Part shown: positions 7,592 through 16,045 of the stretch, piece by piece | Layout: each line of letters opens with the position of its first letter | Numbering within the stretch: the first letter of the stretch is position 1 | Assembly (NCBI GenBank): GCA_024277955.1 | Contig: JAJRUE010000057.1 | Coordinates: 1 to 55,118 of the forward strand | Length of the DNA: 55,118 nucleotides | Source: Alphaproteobacteria bacterium | Lineage (GTDB): Bacteria; Pseudomonadota; Alphaproteobacteria; Rhodobacterales; Rhodobacteraceae | Reading direction: 5' to 3' | Translations under genes and position numbers: made by a program | Notes under the pieces: generated by a model | What the model was told of the DNA's origin: nothing | Database searches by the model: none | What the model saw: the letters and a program-made list of their open reading frames with translations, nothing else

Positions 7592-10054
7592 ATGACCGAA
7601 AAAAACGGGACGAAATCGCCGCCGGGCCAGGACCACGCGCACGGCCCCCCGCATGATCATCGCACGACGCAGGCTGCCGCGACGGTTGCCGGCGGGCATG
7701 ATCACACCCATGATCACGGGCACGATCACGCCCACGGCGCCGCTGCGGGCGGCTGTTGCGGGGCCGGGGCCGGGGCGATGTGCGGCGATATCGGCCCGGT
7801 GGGCAATCTCGACGCCGCCGGGCGCAGTTTTCGCGTCAACGGTCTGGACTGTGCCGAAGAGGTCGCCATTCTCGGCCGCGTGCTTGGGCCCGCGGTGGGG
7901 GGCGCCGAACACCTGGCTTTCGACGTGATCAACGGCCGGATGAGCGTGCTCGACAGCGCCGCCCCGCTGGGCGATGAAGAGATCGTGCGCCTCGTCGCCT
8001 CGACCGGGATGAGCGCCGCCCCCTGGCGCGCCGAAAGCGCCGCCGCCGACCAGGCCGCGCACCTGCGCCGGCAGGCCCGCTTTACCGCCGCCAGCGCCGC
8101 CTTCTGGGCCGCCGGGCTGGCCTGGCATGTGGCCGAAAGCGGCGCCGCCGGGGCGATCCGCCTGTTTGCCGGTCACGCCGGCGCGCCGATGCCCTGGCCC
8201 GAGATCGCGCTGTTCCTTGCCGCCATCGTGCTGGGCACCTGGCAGGTCGCCCCCAAGGCCTGGTCTTCGGCCCGCCGCCTGTCGCCCGACATGAACCTGC
8301 TGATGGTGGTCGCGGTCACCGGCGCGGTCGGGCTGGGCGAATATTTCGAAGCCGCCACGGTGGCGTTTTTCTTCGCGCTGTCGCTCTATCTTGAAAGCTG
8401 GAGCGTCGGGCGCGCCCGCAACGCGGTGTCGGCGCTTCTGGATCTGGCGCCGCCCACGGTGCGGCTGGTGGCCGAGGACGGCGGCGAAAGGGACGTGCCC
8501 GCGGCCTCGGTCCCGGTGGGCAGCCGGTTCGTGCTGCGCGGCGGCGACCGGGTGCCGCTGGACGGAGAGGTTGTCGAAGGCACCGGCGCCATCAACCAGG
8601 CTCCGATCACCGGCGAAAGCGCGCTGGTGACCAAGGAGGTGGGCGATGCGGTCTACGCCGGCTCGATCAACGGCGACGGCACGCTGATCGTGCGGGCGAC
8701 GAAACCGGCGTCGGACACGGTGCTGGCGCGCATCATCCGCATGGTGGGCGACGCCCATTCGCGCCGCGCCGAGGTGGAACAGTGGGTCACCCGCTTTGCC
8801 CGGGTCTACACGCCCGCGGTGATGGCGCTGGCGATCCTGATCGCGGTGGCGCCGCCGCTTCTGGCGGGGGGCGACTGGGCCACCTGGTTCTACCGGGCGC
8901 TGGTGCTGCTGGTGATCGCCTGCCCCTGCGCGCTGGTGATCTCGACCCCGGTGTCGATCGTTGCGGCGCTGGCGTCCTCGGCGCGCAGCGGCGTGCTGAT
9001 CAAGGGCGGCGCCTATGTGGAAGCGCCGGGGCGCATTTCGGCGCTGGCGCTGGACAAGACCGGCACCATCACCGAAGGCCGCCCCGAGGTCGCGCGCATT
9101 CACCCTCTGGACGGCGTCGCGGCGCATGAGCTGCTGGCCACCGCCGCGGCGCTCGAGGCGCGGTCGTCCCACCCGCTGGCGCGCGCGATCACCGACAGCG
9201 CCACCGGCCAGGGGCTGCGCCCGGACCCCGCCAGCACCAGCCGCACCGTGCCCGGACACGGCGTCGAAGGCAGCTACGATGGGCGCGCGGTCTGGCTTGG
9301 CTCGGACCGGTTCGCCGCCGAAAAGGGCATGGCCGACCAGCTGCCCGAGCCGGTGGTGCGCGAAATCGAGACCGCCGGCAGCACCCTGGTGGTGGTCGGC
9401 GACGACACCCGCGTGCTGGGCCTGCTGGAGCTGCGCGACCGCATCCGCCCCGAAGCCGCGGGCATCGTCGCCAGGCTGCACGCGCTGGGGGTGGGGCGGA
9501 TCGTGATGCTCACCGGCGACAACGCGCGCACCGCCCAGGCGGTGGCCAGCGCCGCAGGCATCGACGAGGTCCGGGCCGAGCTTTTGCCCGAAGACAAGGT
9601 CGCCGCGATCGAGGCGCTTGCCCAGACCCACGACGTCGTGGCGATGGTCGGCGATGGGGTGAACGACGCCCCCGCCATGGCGCGCGCCCATATCGGCATC
9701 GCCATGGGGGCGATCGGCTCGGACGCGGCGGTGGAAACCGCCGATATCGCGCTGATGACCGACGATATCTCGCGCTTGCCGTGGCTGGTGGCGCATTCGC
9801 GCCGGGCGATGCGGATCATCCACCAGAACATCGGCTTTTCGCTGGCGGTCAAGGCGGCCTTCGTGGTGCTGACAGCGCTGGGAATGGCGACCATGTGGGG
9901 GGCGATCGCCGCCGATGTGGGGGTGTCGCTGCTGGTGGTGGCCAATGCGCTGCGGCTGCTGCGGGCGAGACCGGCGGACGCGCCGCCGCGCGGCGGGGCA
10001 GGGCGGCGCACAGCCGCGCCGGCGCCGGCCACCCCGGCCCCGGTGCGCGCCTGA
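7592..10054 (+). CDS. Heavy-metal translocating P1B-type ATPase (Zn/Cd/Pb/Co class)
   Basis: 820-aa ORF with a His-rich N-terminus and an HMA-like domain. It carries CPC in TM6 ([13 protein letters not shown]), the DKTGTIT phosphorylation site, SSHPLARAI and the GDGVNDAP hinge. Confidence 0.93.
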   Translation: MTEKNGTKSPPGQDHAHGPPHDHRTTQAAATVAGGHDHTHDHGHDHAHGAAAGGCCGAGAGAMCGDIGPVGNLDAAGRSFRVNGLDCAEEVAILGRVLGPAVGGAEHLAFDVINGRMSVLDSAAPLGDEEIVRLVASTGMSAAPWRAESAAADQAAHLRRQARFTAASAAFWAAGLAWHVAESGAAGAIRLFAGHAGAPMPWPEIALFLAAIVLGTWQVAPKAWSSARRLSPDMNLLMVVAVTGAVGLGEYFEAATVAFFFALSLYLESWSVGRARNAVSALLDLAPPTVRLVAEDGGERDVPAASVPVGSRFVLRGGDRVPLDGEVVEGTGAINQAPITGESALVTKEVGDAVYAGSINGDGTLIVRATKPASDTVLARIIRMVGDAHSRRAEVEQWVTRFARVYTPAVMALAILIAVAPPLLAGGDWATWFYRALVLLVIACPCALVISTPVSIVAALASSARSGVLIKGGAYVEAPGRISALALDKTGTITEGRPEVARIHPLDGVAAHELLATAAALEARSSHPLARAITDSATGQGLRPDPASTSRTVPGHGVEGSYDGRAVWLGSDRFAAEKGMADQLPEPVVREIETAGSTLVVVGDDTRVLGLLELRDRIRPEAAGIVARLHALGVGRIVMLTGDNARTAQAVASAAGIDEVRAELLPEDKVAAIEALAQTHDVVAMVGDGVNDAPAMARAHIGIAMGAIGSDAAVETADIALMTDDISRLPWLVAHSRRAMRIIHQNIGFSLAVKAAFVVLTALGMATMWGAIAADVGVSLLVVANALRLLRARPADAPPRGGAGRRTAAPAPATPAPVRA

Positions 10055-10138
10055 GCCGCGACCCCTGGCGGATGGCGCAAAAAATGCTACATGAGTTGTA
10101 GGGTTGCATCCGGCGGCCCGATCCAACGCGCGACCCGT

Positions 10139-10203
10139 GGGGCCGGGGGCAAGGTTTTTGCAAAAACCTTGCAAGGCGCTTGCAAGCGCCTTGGCCCCGG
10201 CCC
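10139..10203. repeat. REP1 element copy A (double palindrome inside GC-rich outer arms)
   Basis: ggggccggggg-CAAGGTTTTTGCAAAAACCTTG-CAAGGCGCTTGCAAGCGCCTTG-gccccggccc. These are two adjacent perfect 22-nt palindromes flanked by complementary arms. Located between the ATPase and merR-family genes. Confidence 0.9.
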
Positions 10204-10230
10204 GACCGCCGGCTAACGAAAGGAACCGAG

Positions 10231-10656
10231 ATGCTCTCTATCGGCGCGCTTGCGCGCAAGACCGGCGCCAAGGTGCAGACGATCCGCTACTACGAACAGA
10301 TCGGCATGCTGCCCGAGGCCGAACGCAGCGCCGGCGGCCAGCGCCGCTACCGGGCGGCGGACCTCGACCGTCTCTCCTTCATCCGCCACGCCCGCCAGTT
10401 GGGGTTCGCGCTTGGCGACATCCGCGAGATGCTTGAGCTGACCGACCGCCCGGACCAGTCCTGCGGCGCGGTGGACGAAATCGCCAGCCGCCAGCTGGAC
10501 CTGGTGCGCCAGCGCATCGCCCGGCTGCGCGCGCTCGAACGCGAACTGCAGCGGATGGTCGAAAGCTGCAAGGGCGACAGCGTCGCGCGCTGCCGTATCC
10601 TTGAAGTGCTGCGCGACCATTCCCAATGCCTCACCGACCACGACGCCGCTGGCTGA
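10231..10656 (+). CDS. MerR-family metal-responsive transcriptional regulator (ZntR/CadR/PbrR-like)
   Basis: wHTH ARKTGAKVQTIRYYEQIGML, a dimerisation helix, and Cys at about 78, 113 and 121, as in divalent-metal-sensing MerR proteins. The ORF-track start (10180) falls inside the REP1 element. ATG 10231 gives the family-typical N-terminus MLSIGALA. Confidence 0.9.
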   Translation: MLSIGALARKTGAKVQTIRYYEQIGMLPEAERSAGGQRRYRAADLDRLSFIRHARQLGFALGDIREMLELTDRPDQSCGAVDEIASRQLDLVRQRIARLRALERELQRMVESCKGDSVARCRILEVLRDHSQCLTDHDAAG

Positions 10657-10819
10657 GCCCACCCCCGCAACCACCCGCCGCCCCCGCCCGGGGCGCGCCG
10701 CCCACCGCCCGCCCGCGCCCCGACGCAGGACTGCCCGCCGAACCTCCCGGACCCCCACAACGCGCCACACCAGCCGGGCCGTGCCCTGCGGCCCGTGCAG
10801 GCCAGAGCCCGACATGACA

Positions 10820-10844
10820 CAGGCCGGGAAAAGTTCCCGGCCTG
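10820..10844. other. GC-rich hairpin between the convergent merR-family and lexA genes
   Basis: caggccgggaa-aag-ttcccggcctg, a perfect 11-bp stem. There is no flanking T-run on either strand, so a terminator function is only a guess. Confidence 0.35.
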
Positions 10845-10885
10845 CCGCCCCCGCCCGGGGGCAAATCCCTGAAAGAAAACCGCCC

Positions 10886-11656
10886 TCAGTAGGTGCGAAT
10901 CAGCCCCACCAGCCGGCCTTGCACCTGTACCTGATCCTCGCGGAACACCCGGGTTTCATAGGCGGCGTTGGCGGGCTCCAGCGCAATCGCATTGCCGTTG
11001 CGGCGAAAGCGCTTCAGCGTGGTTTCATAGCCATCCACCATCGCCACCACGATATCGCCGTTCTCGGCGGTCGAGCCTTCGCGGATCACCACCACATCGC
11101 CATCGTTGATCCCGGCTTCGATCATCGAATCGCCCTTGACCTCGAGCGCGTAATGATCGGCGCCGCCCGACAGCATGGCGCCGGGCACGGCGATGTTGCG
11201 CGCCCCGTCCTCGATCGCCTCGATCGGCTGGCCGGCGGCGATGCGCCCCATGATCGGCAGGTCCAGCGCCTCTACCGCGTCGATCGGCAGCGCCCCGCGC
11301 GGGGCCGACCCGAACTGGGAAGCGTTATCCCGGCGATCCCCCTCGATCACCCGCGGCCGAAAGCCCGTCCCGGTCTCGGTCTCGGGGCCAGCCTCGGTCC
11401 CGGTGTCGCGGGCGGTGTCCAGGGTCGAACGCCCCCCCAGCGCCTCGGGCAGCTTGACGATCTCGATGGCCCGGGCGCGATGCGCCAGCCGGCGGATGAA
11501 GCCGCGTTCCTCCAGCGCGGTGATCAGCCGGTGAATGCCGGATTTCGAGCGCAGATCCAGCGCCAGCTTCATTTCGTCGAAAGACGGCGGGACGCCATCG
11601 CGCTGCACCCGCTTGTGGATAAATTCCAGCAGGTCCAGTTGCTTGCGGGTCAACAT
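10886..11656 (-). CDS. lexA: SOS repressor LexA
   Basis: N-terminal wHTH ([29 protein letters not shown]) and a C-terminal S24 autopeptidase with the cleavage region [11 protein letters not shown], Ser in KGDSMIEAG and Lys in TLKRF. The ATG at 11654-11656 is preferred to the ORF-track start at 11851. Confidence 0.95.
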   Translation of the reverse strand: MLTRKQLDLLEFIHKRVQRDGVPPSFDEMKLALDLRSKSGIHRLITALEERGFIRRLAHRARAIEIVKLPEALGGRSTLDTARDTGTEAGPETETGTGFRPRVIEGDRRDNASQFGSAPRGALPIDAVEALDLPIMGRIAAGQPIEAIEDGARNIAVPGAMLSGGADHYALEVKGDSMIEAGINDGDVVVIREGSTAENGDIVVAMVDGYETTLKRFRRNGNAIALEPANAAYETRVFREDQVQVQGRLVGLIRTY

Positions 11657-11769
11657 GCGCTCACTCCTCTGTCGCTTTGGCGCGCGGGCAGTGCCGCGTT
11701 CGGATCGCGGCAAGACCGGCGCCAGACACCGCCCCGCGGAACCGGGGCCGCTTCGCCCCTCAGATGGGC

Positions 11770-11809
11770 GTTCAGGAAATGTTCTAGCCCTGTTCCCGTT
11801 ATGTGTCAA
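11770..11809 (-). promoter_or_regulatory. lexA promoter with two overlapping alphaproteobacterial LexA boxes
   Basis: Plus strand reads GTTC-aggaaat-GTTC-tagccct-GTTC (11770-11795), three direct GTTC repeats with N7 spacing. On the minus strand, TTGACA (11809-11804), a 17-nt spacer and TAGAAC (11786-11781) overlap the boxes. Confidence 0.8.
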
Positions 11810-11903
11810 CCATTTGTCAATACTTGCCAACCGCCCGGAAACCACCCGCAAACCGCCCCCGCGGTCCGCGCAGCCACCCCGCCAGACCAGCCCGTCGCGG
11901 CGC

Positions 11904-13088
11904 TCAGATCGGCACGTATTCCACCATCTCGCCCGCCTTTCGCGCCGGGTCCGCCACCGGGCGCACCAGCAAGGCGTTGGCCTGCGACAGCACGCTCAGC
12001 AAGGCGCTGTCCTGGCGTTCGAACGCGGTGATCACGCCGGCCTCGACCCGGGCCCGCATATAGTGTTCACGGGCGCCGTTTTCCGGCAGGTCATTGGCCA
12101 GCCGCGCCCGCGCCCGCGGCGCCGGGCCGGGGGGCAATCCTTGCAGCGCGCGGATCGCTGGCAACATGAAGATATGCCCGCAAACGATTGATGAAACCGG
12201 GTTTCCAGGCAATCCTATCAGAACCGACCCGGCCAGTTTCCCGGCCATCAGCGGCTTGCCCGGCCGCATCGCGATCTTGTAGAACGCCCGGTCCAGCCCC
12301 AGCCCGGCGGCGACCTCGCCCACCAGGTCGTGATCGCCGACCGACGCGCCGCCGACGGTCACGATCAGATCGGCGTCGCGCGCCAGATCGAACACGGTTT
12401 CGAGCGACGCCACGTTGTCGCGCGCGATCGGCAGGATGCGCACCCGGGCGCCGGCGGCCTGGGCCAGGGCTTTCAGCCCGAAGCTGTTGGACGCGATGAT
12501 CTGGTCGGGGCCGGGGGTCTCGCCGGGCATCACCAGTTCGTCGCCGGTGGCCAGCAACGCCACCACCGGGCGGCGCGCGACCTGCACCCGCGGCACGTTC
12601 ATCGCCGCCAGCAGCGCCAGGTCGTTGGCGCTCAGCCGGCGCGGCGCGTCCAGCCTGTCGCCGGCCTTGAAGTCAGTGCCCGCCGGGCGGATATACAGCC
12701 CGGCCCGGTAGCCCTGTTCGGGGGCGCTTTCGATGACGATGGTCTTGCCGTCGCGCAGCACGTTTTCCTGGACCACCACGCAGTCGGCCCCGGCGGGCAC
12801 CGGCGCGCCGGTGAAGATGCGCGCGCATTCGCCAGCGCCGATCCGGCCCGAAAACCGATGGCCGGCGGCGGCTTCGCCCACCACCTTCAGCCGAGCGCCG
12901 ACCACGGCGTCACGGTGGCGCAGCGCATAACCGTCCATGGCCGAGGCCGGAAACGGCGGCTGGTCGCGCCGCGCCTCGGCGGCGTGCAGCAGCACCCGCC
13001 CGGCCGCTTCGTCCAGCGCCACCTCTTCGGCTTCGAGCGGGGTCACCAGGTCAAAGATCAGATCCAGCGCCTGGGCAACAGATAACAT
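11904..13088 (-). CDS. moeA: Molybdopterin molybdenumtransferase MoeA
   Basis: 394-aa ORF with the MoeA N-terminal motif [14 protein letters not shown] and a C-terminal MoCF-binding fold ([11 protein letters not shown]...[12 protein letters not shown]). Confidence 0.92.
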   Translation of the reverse strand: MLSVAQALDLIFDLVTPLEAEEVALDEAAGRVLLHAAEARRDQPPFPASAMDGYALRHRDAVVGARLKVVGEAAAGHRFSGRIGAGECARIFTGAPVPAGADCVVVQENVLRDGKTIVIESAPEQGYRAGLYIRPAGTDFKAGDRLDAPRRLSANDLALLAAMNVPRVQVARRPVVALLATGDELVMPGETPGPDQIIASNSFGLKALAQAAGARVRILPIARDNVASLETVFDLARDADLIVTVGGASVGDHDLVGEVAAGLGLDRAFYKIAMRPGKPLMAGKLAGSVLIGLPGNPVSSIVCGHIFMLPAIRALQGLPPGPAPRARARLANDLPENGAREHYMRARVEAGVITAFERQDSALLSVLSQANALLVRPVADPARKAGEMVEYVPI

Positions 13089-13091
13089 GAA

Positions 13092-13565
13092 CTATACCTC
13101 GTAACGTCCGGATTTGCCGCCATCTTTCAGCAATAGCCTTATGCCGCCGATGGTCATGTCCTTCTGCACCGCCTTGACCATGTCATAGACCGTCAGGCAG
13201 GCGGCGGACACCGCGCTGAGCGCCTCCATCTCGATCCCGGTCTTGCCGGTGGTCTTGACCGTGGCGGTGACGCGCACCCCCGGCAGATCGGCGTCCGGCA
13301 GCAGATCCACCGCCACCTTGGTGATCGGCAGCGGGTGGCACAGCGGGATCAGGTCGGCGGTCTTTTTCGCGCCCATGATCCCGGCCAGCCGGGCGACGCC
13401 CAGAACGTCCCCCTTCTTGGCGCGGTTTTCGGTAATCATCACAAGGGTTTCTGGCGCGACCTTGATGTAGCCTTCGGCGATGGCGATCCGTTCAGTCACC
13501 GGCTTTTGCGACACGTCGACCATATGGGCCTGCCCGTCGGCGTCGAAATGGGTCAGTTCTGCCAT
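13092..13565 (-). CDS. moaC: Cyclic pyranopterin monophosphate synthase MoaC
   Basis: 157 aa from ATG 13563-13565 ([21 protein letters not shown]), with motifs [10 protein letters not shown] and [20 protein letters not shown]. The longer ORF-track N-terminus is antisense-type low complexity. Confidence 0.95.
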   Translation of the reverse strand: MAELTHFDADGQAHMVDVSQKPVTERIAIAEGYIKVAPETLVMITENRAKKGDVLGVARLAGIMGAKKTADLIPLCHPLPITKVAVDLLPDADLPGVRVTATVKTTGKTGIEMEALSAVSAACLTVYDMVKAVQKDMTIGGIRLLLKDGGKSGRYEV

Positions 13566-14413
13566 CAGCGGCCTCCGATGCCGGGTTGCACGCCGGCTTT
13601 TGCTCCGTCGCGAGAGACCGGCAAGGGATCGGCCAGCAACCGGCGCGTCGCCTCGGCGACGTCGCCGGCGCGCATCAGGCTTTCGCCGATCAGAAAACAC
13701 CGCGCCCCGCAGCGCGCCATCGCCGCCAGGTCGTCGGGCGTCGCCAGCCCGCTTTCGCTGATCAGGGTCTTGCCCTCGGGCGCCAGACGGGCCAGCGCGC
13801 GGGTGGTGTCCAGGCTGGTCTCGAAGGTCTTGAGGTCGCGGTTGTTCACCCCCAGCAGCGGCGATTTCAGCGCCAGCGCGCGCGCCAGTTCGGCTTGGTT
13901 GTGCACTTCCACCAGCACGTCCATGCCCCAGCCGATGGCGGCCTGTTCCAGTTCCTGCGCCTGGGCGTCGGAGACCGAGGCCATGATGATCAGGATGCAA
14001 TCCGCCCCCCAGGCGCGGGCCTGCGCCACCTGGTAGGTGTCATAGAGGAAATCCTTGCGCAGCACCGGCAGGTCGCAGGCCTCGCGGGCCTGGCCCAGGT
14101 ATTCGGGCGCGCCCTGAAAGGAGGGTGTGTCGGTCAGCACCGACAGGCAGGCCGCGCCGCCCCGGGCATAGGCGCGCGCCAGCGTGGCCGGGTCGAAATC
14201 GGCGCGGATCAGGCCTTTGGACGGGCTTGCTTTCTTGATTTCGGCGATCAGCCCGTAGCCGTGGCGCGCGGCCTCTTGCAGGGCCCTGGCAAAGCCGCGC
14301 ACCGGTGATGCGGCGCGGGCGCGCGCTTCGAGTTCGGCTAGCGGCAGCGCCGCCTTGGCGGCGGCGATTTCTTCCAGCTTGTAGGCCTTGATCTTGTCGA
14401 GAACGGTGGTCAT
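13565..14413 (-). CDS. trpC: Indole-3-glycerol phosphate synthase TrpC
   Basis: [16 protein letters not shown]..., [31 protein letters not shown]. The stop overlaps the moaC start (ATGA at 13565). The ORF-track extension to 14500 runs into a REP1 element. Confidence 0.95.
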   Translation of the reverse strand: MTTVLDKIKAYKLEEIAAAKAALPLAELEARARAASPVRGFARALQEAARHGYGLIAEIKKASPSKGLIRADFDPATLARAYARGGAACLSVLTDTPSFQGAPEYLGQAREACDLPVLRKDFLYDTYQVAQARAWGADCILIIMASVSDAQAQELEQAAIGWGMDVLVEVHNQAELARALALKSPLLGVNNRDLKTFETSLDTTRALARLAPEGKTLISESGLATPDDLAAMARCGARCFLIGESLMRAGDVAEATRRLLADPLPVSRDGAKAGVQPGIGGR

Positions 14414-14470
14414 GGCCGATGGATACCCGAGCGCGCCGGTGAAGGAAAGGGCGTGCGCGGGCCGCGCGCG

Positions 14471-14520
14471 CCCAAGGTTTTTGCAAAAACCTTGGGCCAA
14501 GGCGCTTGCAAGCGCCTTGG
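14471..14520. repeat. REP1 element copy B
   Basis: cccAAGGTTTTTGCAAAAACCTTggg followed by cCAAGGCGCTTGCAAGCGCCTTGg. Located between the trpC start and the end of the FAD-oxidase gene. Confidence 0.9.
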
Positions 14521-14575
14521 CGGCCGGCGGCGCCGGCCGCCCGGCCCGACCCCCGCGAAAATCCCGGTGAAAACC

Positions 14576-15955
14576 CTATCCATTTCCCGGCGGCACCAGC
14601 TTGCCGGGGTTCAGGATGTCCGTCGGGTCCAGCGCGCGTTTCAGCTCGCCCATCACGTCCCAGCCGTCGCCGTGTTCGGCGCGCATCAGCCCGGTCTTGC
14701 CCATGCCCACCCCGTGTTCGCCGGTGATCGTGCCCCCCAGCCGCAGGGCGCGTTCGGCCATCCGCTGCGCCAGGGCCTTGGCCTCGGCCAGTTCGCCGGC
14801 GTCGTCCGGCGCCACCAGCAGCACCGCGTGGAAATTGCCGTCGCCCACATGGCCCAGGATCGGCCCCATCAGCGGCGAGGCGGCGATGTCGGCGGCGGTT
14901 TCGTTCACCGCCTGCGCCAGCGCCGAGATCGGCACACAGATGTCGGTGACCAGCGCGCGTGCGCCGGGGCGCAGCGCCAGGCAGGCGTAATAGGCCTTGT
15001 GGCGCATGTCCCACAGCGCCCGGCGGTCTTCTTCGCGGTCCGACCAGCGAAAATGCGCCCCGCCGTGTTCGCCGGCGATTTCGCCAAAGCGCGCCGCCTG
15101 TTCGGCCACGGCCGCGGGCGAGCCGTGGAACTCGATCAGCAGATGCGCCTGTTCCGGCAGCCCGGCGTTCGAGTAGGCGTTGACCGCGCGCACCGTGGCC
15201 GTGTCGAGAAACTCGATCCGCGCCATCGGGATGCCGGTCTGGATGGTCTCGATCACCGCTGCCACCGCGCCGTCCATACCGCCAAAGGCGCAGACCGCCG
15301 CCGACACCGCTTCGGGCTGGCCGTGCAGGCGCAGCGTCAGTTCGGTGATCAGCCCCAGCGTGCCTTCGGCGCCGACGAACAGCGCCGTCAGATCGTAGCC
15401 CGCCGACGACTTGCGCGCCCGGCTGCCGGTGCGGATCACCCGGCCGTCGGCCAGCACCACCTGCAGCCCCATCACGCCCTCGCGCATGGTGCCGTAGCGC
15501 ACCGCCGTGGTGCCGCTGGCGCGTGTCGAGGCCATCCCCCCAAGCGACGCATTCGCCCCTGGGTCGATCGGAAAGAACAGCCCCGTGGCGCGCAGTTCTG
15601 TGTTGAGCGCCTCGCGCGTCAGCCCCGGCTGCACCACCGCGTTCATGTCCTCGGCGTTGATCTGCAGCACCTTGTCCATGCGCGCGAAATCCACCACCAC
15701 CCCGCCGCGCACCGCTTGCGCGTGGCCTTCGAGCGACGTGCCCGCCCCCCAGCCGACCACCGGGCAACCCTGGGCGGCGCACAGCGAAACGATGCGCGCC
15801 ACCTCTTCGGTGGTCTCGGGCCAGGCGACGGCGTCGGGCGGGCAGGGGGGAAAATGTGATTCCGACTGGCCGTGGGCCGCCAGATCGCCCTTGGATCGCG
15901 ACAGGCGATTGCCTAGAAACGACGACAGACCGTCGAGGGCGTCGGGAATGCTCAT
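14576..15955 (-). CDS. FAD-linked oxidase, GlcD/D-lactate dehydrogenase family
   Basis: 459 aa from ATG 15953-15955 (MSIPDALDG...). It has an FAD-binding PCMH domain (GWGAGTSLEGH) and the C-terminal motif GTITGEHGVGMGK. The 1137-aa ORF in the track is this gene fused to an artefactual antisense extension. Confidence 0.9.
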   Translation of the reverse strand: MSIPDALDGLSSFLGNRLSRSKGDLAAHGQSESHFPPCPPDAVAWPETTEEVARIVSLCAAQGCPVVGWGAGTSLEGHAQAVRGGVVVDFARMDKVLQINAEDMNAVVQPGLTREALNTELRATGLFFPIDPGANASLGGMASTRASGTTAVRYGTMREGVMGLQVVLADGRVIRTGSRARKSSAGYDLTALFVGAEGTLGLITELTLRLHGQPEAVSAAVCAFGGMDGAVAAVIETIQTGIPMARIEFLDTATVRAVNAYSNAGLPEQAHLLIEFHGSPAAVAEQAARFGEIAGEHGGAHFRWSDREEDRRALWDMRHKAYYACLALRPGARALVTDICVPISALAQAVNETAADIAASPLMGPILGHVGDGNFHAVLLVAPDDAGELAEAKALAQRMAERALRLGGTITGEHGVGMGKTGLMRAEHGDGWDVMGELKRALDPTDILNPGKLVPPGNG

Positions 15956-16045
15956 GGGTGCGTTCCTTGCTTGGGACGGGGCGACCCTAGCCACGCGGGA
16001 GGCCGGGGTAAAGGCGCAACTCCGTCCCGCGCGAAGGGCGCGAAC

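Noticed and set aside
7397-10174. 925-aa ORF on the minus strand
   Set aside because: It is exactly antisense to the P1B-ATPase, which carries all the diagnostic motifs. The antisense translation is Arg/Gly/His/Pro-rich low complexity with no recognisable motif. This is a typical high-GC artefact.
10180-10230. N-terminal extension of the MerR-family ORF (MQAPWPRPDRRLTKGTE)
   Set aside because: It is encoded by the REP1 palindrome itself. The same artefact produces the FLQKPC and FFEKPW peptides in other spurious ORFs.
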